Positions 1-10,327 of a stretch of DNA of 64,000 bases are shown piece by piece. This DNA comes from a virus (Duplodnaviria; Heunggongvirae; Uroviricota; Caudoviricetes): the IMG/VR virus record IMGVR_UViG_3300017650_000009. The stretch is one strand, 5' to 3'. Within the stretch, counting starts at the first letter, position 1, and every line of letters begins with the position of its first letter. The notes under the pieces are model-generated. The model ran no database searches, had not been told where the DNA came from, and worked only from the letters and a program-made list of their open reading frames with translations. The position numbers and the translations under genes were made by a program.

Positions 1-214
1 TGTGACAAATAAGCATGGATTGCTGGATATACTTGAGCATATGGCAATGTCTTTGATTTAGATAAAGACGAAACAAAACAGTTCGCATCAGAGTTCCATG
101 CAAAATACGAACCATTATTCAGTTCTTCATTAGCCCAGATATCCTGGAGCTCTTTTTGAGCTCCATCCGACCATTGGATTCCCGATGCATTCAGTACCCA
201 CATTTGTTTCAACA

Positions 215-652
215 TTAATGCCAATCCTTCCAATAATACTCTTCAGCTTCCTTTTTATGGATTGGGAATGCCCATGGTATGGTAATTTCACCCTCACGCC
301 AAATATGGACAGCAAGTGTTTCATTACTCAAAACAGGTTCTTGCCAATCAATGAGATTGAATTGTGTCGCAAACAATAAGTTTTTTGTTCCATTTTCAAC
401 TGTAATGGTTTTCCAATGATGCCAAAGGCTTACTTGGGTTTGATACCCAGTTTCCTCAAGTATTTCGCGACTCAAAGCTTCTTGCCATGTTTCGCCCATT
501 TCTTGGTACCCACCTGGCAAACAAAGCTTTCCAATTTCCGGTTCTATACCACGCTGGACGGTAAGAATCCCATCCTTCTTACCGTCTTTGGTTCTAACAC
601 CCAGAATCGGAACAACCACTGTTGGAGGGTTATAATTGGCAAATTTAGTCAT
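215..652 (-). CDS. Nudix hydrolase
   Basis: Nudix box GGYQEMGETWQEALSREILEETGY. Confidence 0.85.
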   Translation of the reverse strand: MTKFANYNPPTVVVPILGVRTKDGKKDGILTVQRGIEPEIGKLCLPGGYQEMGETWQEALSREILEETGYQTQVSLWHHWKTITVENGTKNLLFATQFNLIDWQEPVLSNETLAVHIWREGEITIPWAFPIHKKEAEEYYWKDWH

Positions 653-947
653 AACGTTTAAATCCTACTCTTTGATAACAAACAATTAGCAAAGAGATAC
701 CAAAAGTCAAAACAATTTTTATTAAGACATGATCATCGCTTTGGGCAATTTGAAGTATTGTCTTGAAGAAAACCCATGCAATGAATGTCCCAACCAAACT
801 CATCAGTGAGGTGAACACTAGTATTCTAAGATAATCATGGCTATCAAACATCGCATGGTGATTTGTCGTAACCCTATAATGGGCAAACCACAAAATCACA
901 TAAATGGATATTATCGGCCATAAGTTAAGCCACATTATTTGAGCCAA
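645..947 (-). CDS. small membrane protein
   Basis: Three hydrophobic segments; overlaps neighbours in a tight minus-strand operon. Confidence 0.5.
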   Translation of the reverse strand: MAQIMWLNLWPIISIYVILWFAHYRVTTNHHAMFDSHDYLRILVFTSLMSLVGTFIAWVFFKTILQIAQSDDHVLIKIVLTFGISLLIVCYQRVGFKRYD

Positions 948-1156
948 ATCGGCAAATAATAAGATATCACGAATACAAATGTGGTAAAGGACAAGCCGAC
1001 GACAAAGCTAATCCAAAGGCTATTTAGGAACCAATGGATCCAATTGAAATCACGTCGATAAAATGTCCAGCTATGGATTGTAAACCCAACAAGGGCAAAA
1101 AACATTGCCCATAAAATGAGCCATGCTGGCCACGTTGCTAGTAAAGATCCAAACAT
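935..1156 (-). CDS. small membrane protein
   Basis: Two hydrophobic segments; operon context. Confidence 0.5.
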   Translation of the reverse strand: MFGSLLATWPAWLILWAMFFALVGFTIHSWTFYRRDFNWIHWFLNSLWISFVVGLSFTTFVFVISYYLPIWLK

Positions 1157-1157
1157 A

Positions 1158-1346
1158 TTACCTCCAATAAAGTGATTGAATCATAAGGTTCGTCAGGAAT
1201 ACAACCGCAGCTATGAATGCCACTGTTATTAGGATTTTCCAACGCCACGAATGATTTGGGTTATTGTCATGTGTTTGCCACAGAATTAATGGAAACAACA
1301 CAAACACGAATAGCAAGTTAATGCTGGTTATCGAAAGGGACTCCAT
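1158..1346 (-). CDS. small membrane protein
   Basis: Two hydrophobic segments; start overlaps upstream stop. Confidence 0.5.
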   Translation of the reverse strand: MESLSITSINLLFVFVLFPLILWQTHDNNPNHSWRWKILITVAFIAAVVFLTNLMIQSLYWR

Positions 1347-1711
1347 TAACTAGACCCCCAAATCAAATAAATGGCCGGACGGACAACACTTAGGAATTGT
1401 CGTAGATCACTGCTGGTTCCAGTATCCTCTAGCACTGGCTTAATCTTGGAGTGGAACTGCGATCGACTGGCTGAACTCAAACCATTGGCTTGAGAAAGCT
1501 TTTCTTTGGTCGCAATAATCTGATCCCAATCCATATCTCTGGCTTCGTCTATTTGTGTGTTTTCGATTTCCACACCAATGTACCAATCCCCATTATATGA
1601 TTGGAAACTTTCGATCCCTTTTTCATCAAGGAAATCAATAAAATCTTCAGTCTCACACAAAGTATCTGGAAGCTTTACGCCGAGAATAAAATGTCCAATA
1701 GCTCTTGCCAT
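1346..1711 (-). CDS. hypothetical protein
   Basis: GGAGG SD before ATG; 121 aa. Confidence 0.6.
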   Translation of the reverse strand: MARAIGHFILGVKLPDTLCETEDFIDFLDEKGIESFQSYNGDWYIGVEIENTQIDEARDMDWDQIIATKEKLSQANGLSSASRSQFHSKIKPVLEDTGTSSDLRQFLSVVRPAIYLIWGSS

Positions 1712-1823
1712 AATAACCTCCTATGGTTCTCCTACGAGCATAACAAAGTAAACCAATAAGTCAACGTTTTATTGACATCCAGGCTTTGGTTTCGTATTAT
1801 GAGGGAGCTCAAAAACTAAAACA

Positions 1824-2102
1824 ATGGAGAAACAAATGAGCGCACATAAGAATGCTGATAAGACCCTTAACAAGAAGGGCTTGACAGTTGATGTTCGCCC
1901 TGGTCGTGACGAAAAGGAAGCTAAGGCTAACTTGGAGCACGCTATTAAGCTGTTGAAGCGTCGTGTAATGCAGGAAGGTCTTATTAAGGACCTACGCAAG
2001 AACGAATACGCTGAAACAAAGGGTCAGATTCGTCGTCGTAAGCATAAGGAAGCAGTTCGTCGCAATGCTAAGGCTCTTCGCCAGGCAAAGGAACGTGCAT
2101 AA
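1824..2102 (+). CDS. rpsU: 30S ribosomal protein bS21 homolog
   Basis: LEHAIKLLKRRVMQEGLIKDLRKNEYAETKGQIRRRKHKEAVRR matches the S21 pattern. Confidence 0.85.
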   Translation: MEKQMSAHKNADKTLNKKGLTVDVRPGRDEKEAKANLEHAIKLLKRRVMQEGLIKDLRKNEYAETKGQIRRRKHKEAVRRNAKALRQAKERA

Positions 2103-2606
2103 TGTCTAACATTTTCGGATTCATTGGATTTTTAGTATTGATGATGGCCCTGGTTGTACTCCTTGCTATTTCTCCGGTGGTTCCGGAAATGATCCTTTCA
2201 CTCATCTAGGAGAATAAAATGTTTGCATTTGTCGTTGGTCTAATCGTTGGTGCACTTGTGGGTCGCACTGAATGGTTCCAAGAGAAGTTCAATATTGTAG
2301 CTTCCTACGTACGGAATGCTTTGGGTCAGTAAAGCAGACATATATTGGGTTCCGTTCCAAGCTTAAATATCATGGGGAATTATCCCCTTTGATCGGAGGC
2401 GGAAATGGAATTCATTATTGGTATGACTTTGGGACTAATCGTTGGTTGGAATGTAATCCCACAGCCAGAGTTCGTTAAAACTCTCATGGACTATGTCGTT
2501 GAGAAGCTTGGCAAAAAGGACGAAGCTAAGGAAGATGAAACCAAGTAATTTGGTTGACTAAAATGATCCTCGTGTTAAGTTTGAGAAAACAACACGAGGA
2601 TTTTCT

Positions 2607-2912
2607 ATGACTGATGAAGAAGCACTAGCTCGTTTCAACAAATTAAAGACGATCATCTTGGCGAACGGTTATGACGCCAACAAATTTGAACCGGAATCGT
2701 ATTTCACTGTTATTAAGTGGATCAAGTTTGATTTGGGTGAACTTACGTTGGCTTATGGTTTGATTGAAAATGACGGACGACTTAATAAGTCCGTTCGTTT
2801 AATCAAGAAGAATATCTGTTTGAGTTGTATTGTGGATAATGGGAATCCGTTTTGGTCAGGATCTCAAACACTCGAAGAGGCATTTTCTGCTATGGAAAAT
2901 GTTCTAAAATAG
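2607..2912 (+). CDS. hypothetical protein
   Basis: Own TTGAC promoter and GAGG SD. Confidence 0.6.
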   Translation: MTDEEALARFNKLKTIILANGYDANKFEPESYFTVIKWIKFDLGELTLAYGLIENDGRLNKSVRLIKKNICLSCIVDNGNPFWSGSQTLEEAFSAMENVLK

Positions 2913-2964
2913 GTTGACTATTCCCATTCCCATGTTAGATTCTAATTAACAAAGGAGATCGAAC

Positions 2965-3249
2965 ATGTTGACACCAAAACAGCAATTGGACAATGTTTTC
3001 CACAAGATTCGTGATACTGGAAAATACATTGAACGCGATTACAAGACTATCGGTGGCATGTGGACTGTTGATCGCTGGGAACTCGAACTCGATGGCACGA
3101 AATATGTGGCCCAGCTAATGGATGAAGGCTACACAAACGTTGTTATCACAGAAGGTCTCAACGTTTATGCAACCGCTCAATTCGATCCGGTCTTCCGTGA
3201 GGGGGATGAGAAAAAACTTACCGAAATTTACCAGAAACTTAACGGGTAA
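2965..3249 (+). CDS. hypothetical early protein
   Basis: GGTTGAC promoter and AACAAAGGAGATCGAAC leader. Confidence 0.7.
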   Translation: MLTPKQQLDNVFHKIRDTGKYIERDYKTIGGMWTVDRWELELDGTKYVAQLMDEGYTNVVITEGLNVYATAQFDPVFREGDEKKLTEIYQKLNG

Positions 3250-3315
3250 GGTTTTCAAAGGCATAAATAGATTTAGGACTAGGAATTGCCATGTGTGCGA
3301 GACTTAGTAACTTAT

Positions 3316-3387
3316 GCGGGTGTAACTCAGTGGTAGAGTCCCTCGTTGCCAACGAGGTTGTCGTGGGTTCGAATCCCATCGCCCGCT
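3316..3387 (+). tRNA. tRNA-Gly(GCC), CCA not encoded
   Basis: Cloverleaf, anticodon loop TTGCCAA. Confidence 0.9.
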
Positions 3388-3514
3388 CAAAGGTAGGAAT
3401 CACGAGCCTACCCTAAAAAGACCAGTAGATCCGCCCGCCGCGAACTCCCTACTGGTCTTTTCTTTTGGTTGACTTCCAACCGTTTTTCCAATATGTTTCG
3501 GATAGAGGTGTATT

Positions 3515-3748
3515 ATGGAAGAATCACGACGTTGGTTTAATGCCCATACTGATTGCTGGGAACTAACATACGAGGGCGGAACGCTTGAAGAACGTCTGTC
3601 GTTCTATGATAGCCTAAGGGCCCAGGGTTTTCGTGTTTTTCCACCCTTACGTCGTACTCTGGAAAACCAATATATCAATTACTTGAAAGTAGAAGTAGTT
3701 GATCCAGAAGATCGAAATCTCCAACTCATCTTAAAATTGTTGAAATGA
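3515..3748 (+). CDS. hypothetical protein (C-terminal LKL tail)
   Basis: Promoter and GAGG SD; ends LQLILKLLK. Confidence 0.6.
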   Translation: MEESRRWFNAHTDCWELTYEGGTLEERLSFYDSLRAQGFRVFPPLRRTLENQYINYLKVEVVDPEDRNLQLILKLLK

Positions 3749-3749
3749 T

Positions 3750-4385
3750 ATGACACTATTTGAGACTGATATAAGCTTGCACGATGAAGAACAAATCCGC
3801 ATTTTTATGCAGAAGGATCATCGTTTTTATCACACGCTTGCTCATGCCGAATACACATTTCGTGCCAGTCAGGAAATTTTCAAATTTTATCTAAAGGACA
3901 CCAAATGGAGTCCTATCATGGCCCAACGTATGTATCGACATGCTGCGGCATTTCATGATGCATTATACGTACTCACAAACAACGGTGTTTCTGAACGACT
4001 TAGTGCGGATATGTATGTTCATTCAGAAACAGCAATGTTTTATCCTGCACCATTTGTCGAAGACATTATTCTGGCTACTTGGAACCATTTTGATCCAAAG
4101 CACGATTCTTTGCCGATTGAGGCACAAGTATTTTTGGATGCCGATTTGTATCATCTTTGTGCATCCTTCCAAGCATATGATGCTCATGCCAAAAATGTTG
4201 AAATGGAATACCGAGCCAAATATTCCGAAGAAGAATATATTGACGGTCGTATTGAATGGCTAACAAAGATGATGGAGCGTGAACGAATTTATCGAGTTTG
4301 TGAGAGTAAAATCTACCAAGCCAAAACTAATTTGAAACGAGAATTATCCGATCTTAAAAGGCGATCAAATGCAGTATCCGATTAG
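3750..4385 (+). CDS. HD-domain metal-dependent phosphohydrolase
   Basis: RFYHTLAH...AAAFHDALY...FLDADL motifs. Confidence 0.75.
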   Translation: MTLFETDISLHDEEQIRIFMQKDHRFYHTLAHAEYTFRASQEIFKFYLKDTKWSPIMAQRMYRHAAAFHDALYVLTNNGVSERLSADMYVHSETAMFYPAPFVEDIILATWNHFDPKHDSLPIEAQVFLDADLYHLCASFQAYDAHAKNVEMEYRAKYSEEEYIDGRIEWLTKMMERERIYRVCESKIYQAKTNLKRELSDLKRRSNAVSD

Positions 4386-4731
4386 CGTGAAACTCACACA
4401 GGAAGAACTATGTGCAGATATGGAAAAATGGCTCGACTGGGTTGATCAAACTCGAGGTCATATCGCTATTGAGGATCCAGATGGGGAAGTTCGTACATAT
4501 ATTATTCCGTATGAGGAATATGCGAGTTATATAAGGGAGGAAAAATGAAATCAATTCTACGTGCGTTTTTAGATATTTTGGGCGTCCTAGCCATTGTATG
4601 TGTGACGATTTTTATCGCACTGGTATTGCTATTTGGGGTAATGGCCGTTAATACGTTCATGGTTGATGACCAGGAATATATTGACACCATCGAGTGACCC
4701 GCTGCATGATACTGGCAAAGGAGACTTTGCC

Positions 4732-4989
4732 ATGTCTAAACCAACTATCATTCACGTAAATCGCCAGCATATCGCACAGAATGCAAAAGATGGCGGTAAT
4801 CGTCCCGTATATACGACCAAAATCAACGGCAAAACTCGATACGCAAGAGAAGTTGAAATCCAAGGACCATCGCGGATGGTTTATAATGGTGATCAATTGT
4901 CTTGTGGCGCACGAGCTTGGATTGAAACATCAAGCCCCGTGAGACTTGTGGACGAAATGTCCTTTAGCGAGGCTAAAGACGCAAAATGA
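4732..4989 (+). CDS. hypothetical phage protein
   Basis: AAAGGAG SD; MSKPTIIHVNRQHIAQN. Confidence 0.65.
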   Translation: MSKPTIIHVNRQHIAQNAKDGGNRPVYTTKINGKTRYAREVEIQGPSRMVYNGDQLSCGARAWIETSSPVRLVDEMSFSEAKDAK

Positions 4990-5195
4990 AACTTTGGGCG
5001 CTTGTTATAATTTTCATGTCAGTACAAGGTGGAACTGAGAAAGTTACAATCGATGGCTTTGAATCAGATGTTGCCTGCAAGCAATACTATGATGAGTCAA
5101 TCGTTTCCGTGCATATGAACAAACGCAAATTGCGTATGGATGGCACTGTTCTCACTGCAATTTGTTTACCAACATCTGGTTTGAATTTAAAATAA
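4986..5195 (+). CDS. small secreted or membrane-anchored protein
   Basis: N-terminal hydrophobic segment, two Cys; ATGA overlap. Confidence 0.55.
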   Translation: MKLWALVIIFMSVQGGTEKVTIDGFESDVACKQYYDESIVSVHMNKRKLRMDGTVLTAICLPTSGLNLK

Positions 5196-5364
5196 TTTAA
5201 ATTTTTGGAAAAAAGAATATTGAATTATCCGCTCTATCTGTTTTAAATGGGCGAGTACAAGGCAAGCATTTTAAGCCAAGTATGGGTACCGGGAAAGCTC
5301 AAGGATGCTACCGATATAATCGTACCCCCGAAAAACAATAACACACCTAGAAAGGTGGACCATT

Positions 5365-6312
5365 ATGTCTAAACAAAAGTCGACAAGTGTCGCTGATATT
5401 ATCATTAATAATCGCCTAGTTGTTAAGCGTCCTGCAGTTTCTGAAATGGGAACTCCGGGTGAAGTTGTATGGGTCGATCCTGCTACCTTGCATATCGATC
5501 ACAACTCGTATCAGCGTGATACAAATCCGAAACATGCTATGAAAATCGGTTCACAATACCGTTATGACCGTGCAAAGGTTATTTCCGGTTACAAATGTCC
5601 CACAAGTGGAATCATTTATGTGACTGATGGACAGCACTCAAGTATTGGTGCAGCTCTCGCAGGTGTACCGAAAGTTCCAGTTTATTTGTTTCCTTTGCCT
5701 AGTGAAAGCAGTGAGCAAGAACTTATCAAGCTACAGAGTGCGCAGTTTGTCGCGATTAATAAGAACCAGAAGAAAATCCAGAAGTACGACGAGTATCGCA
5801 ATGATCTAATTCAAGGCGATCCAAATGCACTAGGGATTGATCGTATTTGCCGTAAGCATGGCGTAACCATCATCCCTACTACTCGTGCAAAGGGTGTAGC
5901 CACTGTAAGTCACGTTGTTAACGTGGTAAAGGCTTATACTCAGATTGGTGAATCTGGTCTTGATTTGGCTTTTGGATTCATCCGTAAGCATTGGCCATCC
6001 GATCATATTGAAGGTTCAGTAATCATTTCGTTGGCTCGCTTCTTGAAGAAGTTTGAAGAAGCAAAGTCAAGAAAGATTGATGGAACCGAATATAACGATC
6101 GCATTCTTTATGATGCGATTACTTTGGGTGGCATTCGTTCACAGAAAGAAGTTGAATCTCTACTTGGTGATATTGCTGTTGAAGCAAGAATCCCAACTAC
6201 TGGTGATACTGCTACTTGGCGTGCTAGAGCGATCCGTCAGGCGTATAATGATTGGGTTTCCAATCATAAGTTGGGCGATGATAAGCTTTTGAACCGTAAG
6301 GTGATTGGATGA
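5365..6312 (+). CDS. ParB/Srx-like N-terminal domain protein (DUF6551-like)
   Basis: LHIDHNSYQR...YVTDGQHS...VPVY motifs. Confidence 0.7.
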   Translation: MSKQKSTSVADIIINNRLVVKRPAVSEMGTPGEVVWVDPATLHIDHNSYQRDTNPKHAMKIGSQYRYDRAKVISGYKCPTSGIIYVTDGQHSSIGAALAGVPKVPVYLFPLPSESSEQELIKLQSAQFVAINKNQKKIQKYDEYRNDLIQGDPNALGIDRICRKHGVTIIPTTRAKGVATVSHVVNVVKAYTQIGESGLDLAFGFIRKHWPSDHIEGSVIISLARFLKKFEEAKSRKIDGTEYNDRILYDAITLGGIRSQKEVESLLGDIAVEARIPTTGDTATWRARAIRQAYNDWVSNHKLGDDKLLNRKVIG

Positions 6313-7103
6313 GACAAGATGGTTATACAGGGGAAGAGCTAAATGCTCTTCCCCTTATTGAGTTAACTAGGGGTAAGGAAGTTATCGGATACGTTGATAT
6401 CAATCATCCAGCTTGGGATGGTGATCAACAAAACTTCCTTAATGCAATTGCACTCGAGGAGAACCAATCAGAGGACTTCATTGCGGTCCGTAGATGCTCT
6501 AGTAGCGTTAAGTTGGGTTCCGAGCGTACCTACTTTCCCTTTTCACAATTTGGTGTCGTGCTGAGCAAAGGCAAAGCAACTTGGGAAACAAGCATCCGTA
6601 AGATTGAGAACCAAGTTACTCGTGAATCCAAACAACGCAATCGAGACTTGTGGCTTCCTATCCAGCGCCTATATGTGATGGGCAATGTTGATGAACCCAT
6701 TGTATGCCCAATTGCAGGCATTCGTATTGATGGATTTACTTGGGGCTCGTACGTGGGTAATGCTTGGGTTCAACATCACTATCGATTTGTGAATGGTGTA
6801 TCCGTGCATAAGGAAAATGCAGATCCCGGAGCCATTACTAGTGGTGTGGATCCAACAGTTCCAAGTCCACGTAGTCGTTTTGCACTCCAGGACCTTGCTA
6901 GGACAATCTTCTTGAGTTCTACAGCGCATGACTTCCTTCACAAGCAGATGCGCACGGGTGATATATCTGATTACCAAACACATGAATTGCCTTGGGCTTT
7001 ACGTTCGGAGTCCAACTGGAATGAGTTCAATCGATTCCTAATGCAATGGGGTCACGATCATCTCGGTGATTACCAAGTTTGGTTTGACGAACAAAAGAAC
7101 TAA
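6309..7103 (+). CDS. hypothetical protein
   Basis: ATGA overlap with ParB-like gene; 264 aa. Confidence 0.65.
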   Translation: MRQDGYTGEELNALPLIELTRGKEVIGYVDINHPAWDGDQQNFLNAIALEENQSEDFIAVRRCSSSVKLGSERTYFPFSQFGVVLSKGKATWETSIRKIENQVTRESKQRNRDLWLPIQRLYVMGNVDEPIVCPIAGIRIDGFTWGSYVGNAWVQHHYRFVNGVSVHKENADPGAITSGVDPTVPSPRSRFALQDLARTIFLSSTAHDFLHKQMRTGDISDYQTHELPWALRSESNWNEFNRFLMQWGHDHLGDYQVWFDEQKN

Positions 7104-7164
7104 AAGTTCTGATTTTTTATATTGATATCAAAAACTCAGATGTTGTAATTCTGAGTTAACAAGC

Positions 7165-7191
7165 CAATAAAAACAATAAAAACAATAAAAA
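7165..7191 (+). repeat. (CAATAAAAA)x3 tandem repeat
   Basis: Read directly, between promoter and ORF 7205. Confidence 0.9.
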
Positions 7192-7204
7192 GACTAGGCA
7201 AAAA

Positions 7205-7957
7205 ATGTTCGATATTAATAAGTTGGATTTCGACAAATCCAAAGCTGCACTTCAGCATAATACTGATTATTTTAATAAATTTTATAAGAATGGTCCGTTT
7301 GATAATCGTTTTACTTTTTGGTTGAACGACGCCGGAGACCTTTGTAAGGGACCCTCTGAATTACCAGCCAGTGTAAGTAGAATGTTTGACGATTTGATCG
7401 CGGCTATAGCTGCAAATGCTTTGCCGATGAGCACAATTCATGGCGTTGATGCAGTGCGGTTTAACGGTAAGTTACCAGAACTAGTCGAACTAAAACACGC
7501 CATGTTGAACCCATACAAATACTGTATGACAAAAAAAGGTACGTTATATTTTTATTCAGGAACACACGAGCACATAACAAGTAAGAAAACCTTTGAAAGT
7601 ATTAAGGGTGCCTCATACAAGATATCCAATAATAATACTTTATACACAAAGAATATGCCTACTATTATTCTAACTTCTTGTGTAATTTCAAATAGATTTA
7701 TTTCGTTAAATGAAATGGATGGAGAAACAGTTGTTTCTCATTTAGAAACTCAAAAGGCTAAGGAACGTTCCATTTCCTTACGTAATATTTTGAAATCCAA
7801 AGACATTACGCCCGAAACCGGATTTGTTACCTTTGAAGCCTATGTTGACGAGATGAAATCAAAGATGACAAAGCGAGTGCTATCATCGGTTGTCACTGTT
7901 GCAAAAAATAAACAAAAGCGAATCAAAACTGAAGAATTGTATTTCTATCAGGCATAA
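7205..7957 (+). CDS. possible PD-(D/E)xK nuclease
   Basis: GVDAV...ELVELK motif; AT-rich ORF. Confidence 0.4.
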   Translation: MFDINKLDFDKSKAALQHNTDYFNKFYKNGPFDNRFTFWLNDAGDLCKGPSELPASVSRMFDDLIAAIAANALPMSTIHGVDAVRFNGKLPELVELKHAMLNPYKYCMTKKGTLYFYSGTHEHITSKKTFESIKGASYKISNNNTLYTKNMPTIILTSCVISNRFISLNEMDGETVVSHLETQKAKERSISLRNILKSKDITPETGFVTFEAYVDEMKSKMTKRVLSSVVTVAKNKQKRIKTEELYFYQA

Positions 7958-8041
7958 ATAGCTGTGGGTTAACAATGCTGTTAACCCACACGGACGCCAA
8001 ATGGGTCCAAAACTAAAACCTGTCTAATGAAGGAGCATACT

Positions 8042-8518
8042 ATGACTAACATTCGTACTTTTACTACCTCAGAAATCCAAAACATGCTTTCCCGTACAAC
8101 GGTTGGTGCAGAATCACTATTCAATCAGTTTCTCACCCCACGTAGCGAAACTAATTATCCCCCATATAATATTGTCGCAGTTGAACCAAACAAGTATTTG
8201 ATTTTTCTTGCTGTTGCTGGTTTCACTCGTGATGAGCTAACTGTTACAGCCGAAGATGGTGAACTAACAGTTGAGGGCAAATCTGAAGGTTTGAATAAGT
8301 ATTACGAGTTTAGTGATGAGCAAACAGATGAAGATAAGCCAGGAGAATTTCCTGCTGTTATTCATCAGGGAATCGCATCGCGCGATTTCACACGTAAGTT
8401 CAAGCTAATGGAATACGTGCTAGTAAAGGAAGTCACACTGAAGGATGGTTTGTTGATCATCAAGTTGGAACGTGAACTTCCAGAGGCTCTCAAGCCTCGT
8501 ACAATTGAAATTAAGTAA
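8042..8518 (+). CDS. ibpA: small heat-shock protein Hsp20 (IbpA-type)
   Basis: YPPYNI...LAVAGF...LTVEGK...HQGIASRDFTRKF...DGLLIIKL. Confidence 0.92.
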   Translation: MTNIRTFTTSEIQNMLSRTTVGAESLFNQFLTPRSETNYPPYNIVAVEPNKYLIFLAVAGFTRDELTVTAEDGELTVEGKSEGLNKYYEFSDEQTDEDKPGEFPAVIHQGIASRDFTRKFKLMEYVLVKEVTLKDGLLIIKLERELPEALKPRTIEIK

Positions 8519-8562
8519 ACACTGGGGGAGGAGCAATCCTCCCCTTTATCAAAGGAAACTCA

Positions 8563-9129
8563 ATGTCTTACGGATCTCTCACGGTCATATGCGGCCCTAT
8601 GTTTGCCGGGAAAACAACTGAAACCCTAAAGAGAATTCTTTGGGCAACCAATGGTGAGAACAAAACAGTTCATGTGTTCAAGCCAAGTTTTGATACTCGC
8701 TATGGTGAATCAGAAATTGTTTCTCACGACGGACTAAAAGCAACCGCTACCAATATCGCTTCGATACCAGATATAGAGTTCACTCCTGGATCACTCGTAT
8801 TTTTGGATGAGATACAATTTTACATGGCTCCATATTTTGACGGTGATGTGATTAGTTGGGTCAGAACTCTCCTAAGTACGGGAGTTGATGTGGTAGCAGC
8901 GGGTCTTGATATGGATTGGCAGGGACAACCATTTCAAATAACGGCTAGCTTGCTTGCTATGGCAAATGATGCTAAAAAGCTAACAGCACATTGCACGGTT
9001 TGTGGTAGGCCAGCAACAAAGACATATAAGAAAGAAACAACGGAAGATACTGGGTCAGTTGAATTGGGTACCTCGGCCAACTATGAAGCACGTTGTAATA
9101 ATCACTGGAATTTCTCCCAACACGGTTGA
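8563..9129 (+). CDS. tdk: thymidine kinase
   Basis: GPMFAGKTTE, FLDEIQF, AGLDMDWQG, CTVCG, YEARC. Confidence 0.93.
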   Translation: MSYGSLTVICGPMFAGKTTETLKRILWATNGENKTVHVFKPSFDTRYGESEIVSHDGLKATATNIASIPDIEFTPGSLVFLDEIQFYMAPYFDGDVISWVRTLLSTGVDVVAAGLDMDWQGQPFQITASLLAMANDAKKLTAHCTVCGRPATKTYKKETTEDTGSVELGTSANYEARCNNHWNFSQHG

Positions 9130-9186
9130 CACAAACTGTTAACGGCTATAATTGTGGTGTAGAGATTATCTACACAAGGAAAGAAA

Positions 9187-9480
9187 ATGAGCACGGAAAG
9201 TTCTACAATGACGGTTACGAAGATTCGTATGCCGTCGATGTTCAAAGTTGTTTTGCTGAACGATGACACGACGCCGATCGACTTTGTTATCGGAGTTGTT
9301 GTTCACGTGTTCAACAAATCCGAAGATGAAGCACGAGCAATCACCGAACGCGTTCATCGCGAAGGTCGCGCTGTTGTCGATATCTATACGCAGGAAATTG
9401 CACGCCAGAAGGTCGAAGATACCAAGAAGCTGGCAGCAAAGTACAATTATCCTCTAAAGGCAATCTCTGAAGAGGCATAA
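9187..9480 (+). CDS. clpS: ATP-dependent Clp protease adaptor ClpS
   Basis: FKVVLLNDDTTPIDFV...VHREGRAVV...YPLKA. Confidence 0.93.
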   Translation: MSTESSTMTVTKIRMPSMFKVVLLNDDTTPIDFVIGVVVHVFNKSEDEARAITERVHREGRAVVDIYTQEIARQKVEDTKKLAAKYNYPLKAISEEA

Positions 9481-9607
9481 TGCCTCTTCATTTTAATTTT
9501 GATTTTCCAAGTCTTGCCGTGTTATAAATAAAGCTGGGTGTTAAACCCAGCTTAGGCAGATAAGTCTCACGCGGTTGTGAGCAGCTAAGACCTGAAAGGA
9601 AAATCAA

Positions 9608-10327
9608 ATGACTAAAGTACAAGCCTTCGAGGCTATCCCTACCAGCACCAACTCTACCCCTAAAACTGAAACTCTTATTCAGCTCGTACTTGATGAGACT
9701 GGTTCGATGATGTCTTGTCTTGATGGGACAATTTCCAGTTTTAACGAATTTATTCAATCACAAGCGAAAGTTTCCGATGGCAACACCTGCGTTGTCAACT
9801 TGACGAAATTCTCATCCTTGGGAGCATGGGGTCCATCACCAACACATGCTAATGTTCGTCACGAATATAATAGTGTTGATATCAGTGCTGTTCCAGAGCT
9901 TACAAAGAAAAACTTTATTCCTACGGGAATGACCAATCTTTATGATGCTATCGGTAGCACCATTTCTCAGCTCAAGACCCAAGTCAAGGATCATCAGAAT
10001 GTTCTAGTTGTTATCCTAACGGATGGCGGCGAGAACAGTTCCACTGAATATAATTCAGAAGCTATCCGCACACTCATCGAAGCTCAACAGGCCGAAGGCT
10101 GGACCTTTGTGTTCTTGGGAGCAAATCAAGATGCATGGCAAGTAGGTTCCAAGATGGGTCTATCTAAGGGTCAGACTATGACCTATGATACAAATGACAT
10201 GGCTGGAACAATGGCAACCCTGAATATGGCTACAACTGCTTATCGCAGCGCACGTTCTTTGTTTGCAACTGACAACAAGTCAGGTGAGGTTGCTAGAGAT
10301 TTCTTCGATGGAGGCAAGAATGGCTAA
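9608..10327 (+). CDS. von Willebrand factor A domain protein
   Basis: LDETGSM MIDAS, GMTNLYDAIG, ILTDGGENSS. Confidence 0.85.
   Translation: MTKVQAFEAIPTSTNSTPKTETLIQLVLDETGSMMSCLDGTISSFNEFIQSQAKVSDGNTCVVNLTKFSSLGAWGPSPTHANVRHEYNSVDISAVPELTKKNFIPTGMTNLYDAIGSTISQLKTQVKDHQNVLVVILTDGGENSSTEYNSEAIRTLIEAQQAEGWTFVFLGANQDAWQVGSKMGLSKGQTMTYDTNDMAGTMATLNMATTAYRSARSLFATDNKSGEVARDFFDGGKNG

Noticed and set aside
9608-10327. vWA protein as the Ro60 partner of the Y-like RNA
   Set aside because: It is a stand-alone vWA domain with no TROVE helical ring upstream.
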